A DNA stretch of 64,000 nt. Source: Eledone cirrhosa. Lineage: Eukaryota. Every line of letters starts with the position of its first letter. The stretch's first letter is position 1. Where the stretch lies: positions 222,580,001-222,644,000 of the forward strand of contig OZ024742.1 in NCBI GenBank assembly GCA_964016885.1, read 5' to 3'. Positions 61,089 to 64,000 of this stretch are shown here, piece by piece. The translations under genes and the position numbers were made by a program. The notes below the pieces were generated by a model, which saw nothing but the letters and a program-made list of their open reading frames with translations, did no database searches and was not told the origin of the DNA.

Positions 61089-64000
61089 CATTCATGTGGC
61101 TAGTATGATTGATTGTGGCTGAAGATGGTTGTGGCTGAAGTGGCAAATTTCTATTACTATTAGCATTTTGAATAGGTTTCACAATAGATGTAAGGTACGA
61201 AGTAGAATTCATCCCATTTACCAAATGGTATGAAGGATTGGTATGTTGGTTCCTGTTGTTTTCATTATCAACCACAGATTTTAAGATGATTCTGTCATGA
61301 GGAATTATTTTTCTGATGGAAGAACCTGCCACTTCACTTGGGTCATCAGCAGCCTTAGCAAAAGATCTTGCTGGTTCTACCTCAAATAATTTTTGGCTGG
61401 ATTGTTCTTTGGTGGGTTGCTCAGGCAATTGTTCCTTTGCCTTAACCTCAGGTAATTTTTCAATCCTCTTTACCTCAATGAATTGTTCATATGTACCCAA
61501 TTGTGTCATTGCCTTTACCTTAGATAAATGATTTCCTAACTGATTATCTGCTAATTGCTCCTTTGCCTTCATCTCGGGGTATTCTCCATATGTTCTTTGT
61601 ACATCCAATTGTGTCATTGTTTCTACCTCAGATGAATGATTTCCCAGCTGTATATTATCTAATTGCCCCTTTGCCCTCATCTCGGGCAACATTTCCTTTG
61701 CTCTTGTCTCAGGCAACATTTCCTTTGCTCTTATCTCAGGCAACTTTTCTGTTACCCTCATCTCAGGCAACATTTCCTTTACCCTCATCTTAGGCAAGTT
61801 TTCTGTTACGCTCACCTCAAGCAACATTTCGTTTGCCCTTATCTCAGGCAACTTTTCTGTTACCCTCATCTTGGGTAACATTTCCTTTTCCCTTATCTCA
61901 GGCAACTTTTCTGTTATTCTCATCTTGGGCAACATTTCTCTTGCTTTCATCTCAGGCAACATTTCGTTTGCCCTTATCTCGGGCAACATTTCCGTTGCCT
62001 TCATCTCAGGCACATTTACCTCAAGGAATTTTCCCCGTGTCTCTTGTACATCCAATTGTCTCCTTGCCTCTATCTCAAACAAAGGTTTTCCTGGTCCTAT
62101 ATCCAGTAACTGTTTCTTTATCTCCACTGCAGGTAATTTATTCCATGTTGTTGGTGGTGGATCTGGGGTAGAATCACTTGGTAGGTTTGGTAAATGTTCT
62201 ATATTTAGATCTGTCTGTAAATCTATCTGGTGTACAATCTGTTGACTTGGTACATGATCTGTTGTCTGTTCATATAACAGATATTCAGATGACTGTAGAT
62301 TAGGCATGGAGGCTGTTCTATTCACATCTGGTAGATATTCTGATGTTTGTAGATTAGGCAGGGAGTCTGTTCTATTTACATCTGGAAGGTGTTTGGCAGT
62401 CTGTAGATTAGACAGATGTTTTATTTTCTGTGGATTAGGGCTGGGGGCCTCTACTTTTATAACAAGTAACTGTTCTGTTCTCTGTAGATCAAGCAGATGA
62501 TCTTTTATCTGTGGATCTGGAAAGTGCTCTTTTGTCTGTGGATTTGACAGGTGTTTCACTATCAGTTGATCTGGCAGATGTCTTGGTGTCTGTGGATCTG
62601 GCAGATGTCTTTCTATCTGAGAATGTGAAAAATGATCTTTCATCTGTGAATCTGACAGATGTCTTACAATCTGGGGATTTGAGAAGTGATTGTTTATCTG
62701 TGAATCTGGCAGTTGTTTCACAATCTGTGGATCTGACAGATGTCTTGCTGTCTGTGGATGTGAAAGGTTTTTTATTTGTGGATCTGACAGGTGCTTTGCC
62801 ATCTGTGGATCTGGTACATGCTTCATTACTGGAAGATCTGGTGTTTCCCCTCTTGTCTGGGGATCTGGCAGTTGCCTCACTACAGGAAGATCTGGGTTTT
62901 CTCCTCCAATCTGTAGATCTAGCAGATGATGTACTGTCTGTGGATCTGACAGATGCTTTGTTACTGAATGATCTGCAGTTTCTCCAAGTGTTTGAAAACT
63001 TAACTTTTCTTTAGACTGTACATCTGATATTTCATCTCTTGTTTGAAAACCTGGCACATTTTCTTCAGTTTGTGAACCTAACATTTGTCTTTCAACATCT
63101 AAACATTCACCTGTCTGAATTACTGGTATTTGTCCCACAATCTTAACATCAGGCAATTCTTTATCACCACACAAAACACTGTCTAATCCTTTAGATAAAT
63201 TTATATTAACTCCTTTATTTACATCAGTAGTAGTTTCATTCGGCAGAATATTTTCTTCTGTGAATAAATTAAGTTGATTATCACAGCTACTGGGAAAATT
63301 AATTTCTGATTTTTCACTTTTAAGCAATAACTTATCATTTATATCTGCTGTGGAAGAACTACAAATATTAATATTTACATGTGGAGTTGTCTCACTACAA
63401 ATGGATGTATTGCATTTACTCTTGTTATGAGAGAAAGGTTTTAAAGAACTGCTAACCCCTATATCTCTGTTTTCAATATCCTTATCTAAAATGTTTGATT
63501 TTAGAGAAGAAATTTCTAAACTTGCTGAAGAAAGGGATGAAGTAGTGTCAGATATTTTCGCACCATCTTCCACATAAGAAATCAGTCTTTCAGAATTAGA
63601 TAGTTTTTGTTCAGAATTTATCTTCTTTACACAATCACCAGTGTTATAATTCTCAGGTATATAACTTTCATCTTTGCAGTCTAGTTTATCTTTGTTGAGA
63701 ACATCATCAACTACAGTGTAATTATCAGATTTAAAATCATCATCCTTGTTTACTTCGGTGGTAGTAGTAATGTTAACGCTCTCTAGCTTGCTGTTGTCTT
63801 TCAATTCAGCAACCTCTGGTTCAGTACTGGGTTTCTCTCTCACTACTGGAATATCTTTAGTTTTTGGCTCAGATATATCACAAGTAGCACTGTAAGTTCT
63901 ATCTTCTGGTGCCATATCTACAGAATTTGTGTGTTTTACAGCAAGAATATCATTATCATTATTAGCTGCTTTATTTCTTTTGTTAACATTCTTTGGTACA
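61089..64000 (-). CDS. Giant internal exon (over 2.9 kb, runs off the window) encoding an acidic, low-complexity, tandem-repeat region of a BRME1/C19orf57-like protein
   Basis: 944-aa ORF that stays open upstream of 63915 to the window edge (VPKNVNKRNK...SVDM); ends AAT G|GTAAAT, a phase-1 donor just before the apparent stop. Family identity rests on the downstream exons. Confidence 0.8.
61660..62010 (-). repeat. Coding minisatellite, 13 x 27 bp (PEMRAKEML-type nonapeptide)
   Basis: PEMKATEML PEIRANEML PEMKAREML PKMRITEKL ... PEMRAKGQL. Confidence 0.9.
62480..62960 (-). repeat. Coding minisatellite of HL(P/S)DPQ-type 8-9-aa units
   Basis: Repeated HLSDPQ / HLPDPQ / QLPDSQ / HFSNPQ motifs. 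Confidence 0.85.

Noticed and set aside
61316-63014. + strand ORFs with repeated VDLADV or SSQATF motifs
   Set aside because: Antisense frames of the coding minisatellites in the giant minus-strand exon.

Overview
AT-rich, microsatellite-dense animal genomic DNA. The SINE/LINE repertoire suggests an octopus or another coleoid cephalopod (inferred, not proven). Two host genes face each other. On +, the last coding exon of an HR39/NR5B-type nuclear receptor lies at 6561-6838. On -, a spliced gene enters from the right edge: a giant repeat-rich exon (61089 to beyond 64000) plus three small phase-compatible exons (60242-60326, 55844-55933, 44463-44578), whose joined C-terminus resembles the MEILB2-binding helix of BRME1/C19orf57. 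Most of the rest is mobile DNA. There are two nearly identical young RTE-clade LINEs with a PHD finger inside the RT region: one has an intact 1056-aa ORF but no 5' UTR, the other has a 5' UTR of 51-bp monomers containing ERSE-II/CCAAT motifs but a 20-bp frameshifting deletion. Also present are older RTE and CR1 copies, a Penelope-like GIY-YIG relic, two tRNA-derived SINE families, piggyBac-, hAT- and pogo-like MITEs, Helitron ends and minisatellites. Several short inverted repeats next to (TA)n tracts carry full, variant or half hammerhead-ribozyme motifs, consistent with Penelope pLTR or retrozyme-type insertions. All homology calls come from motif recognition by eye; no searches were run.
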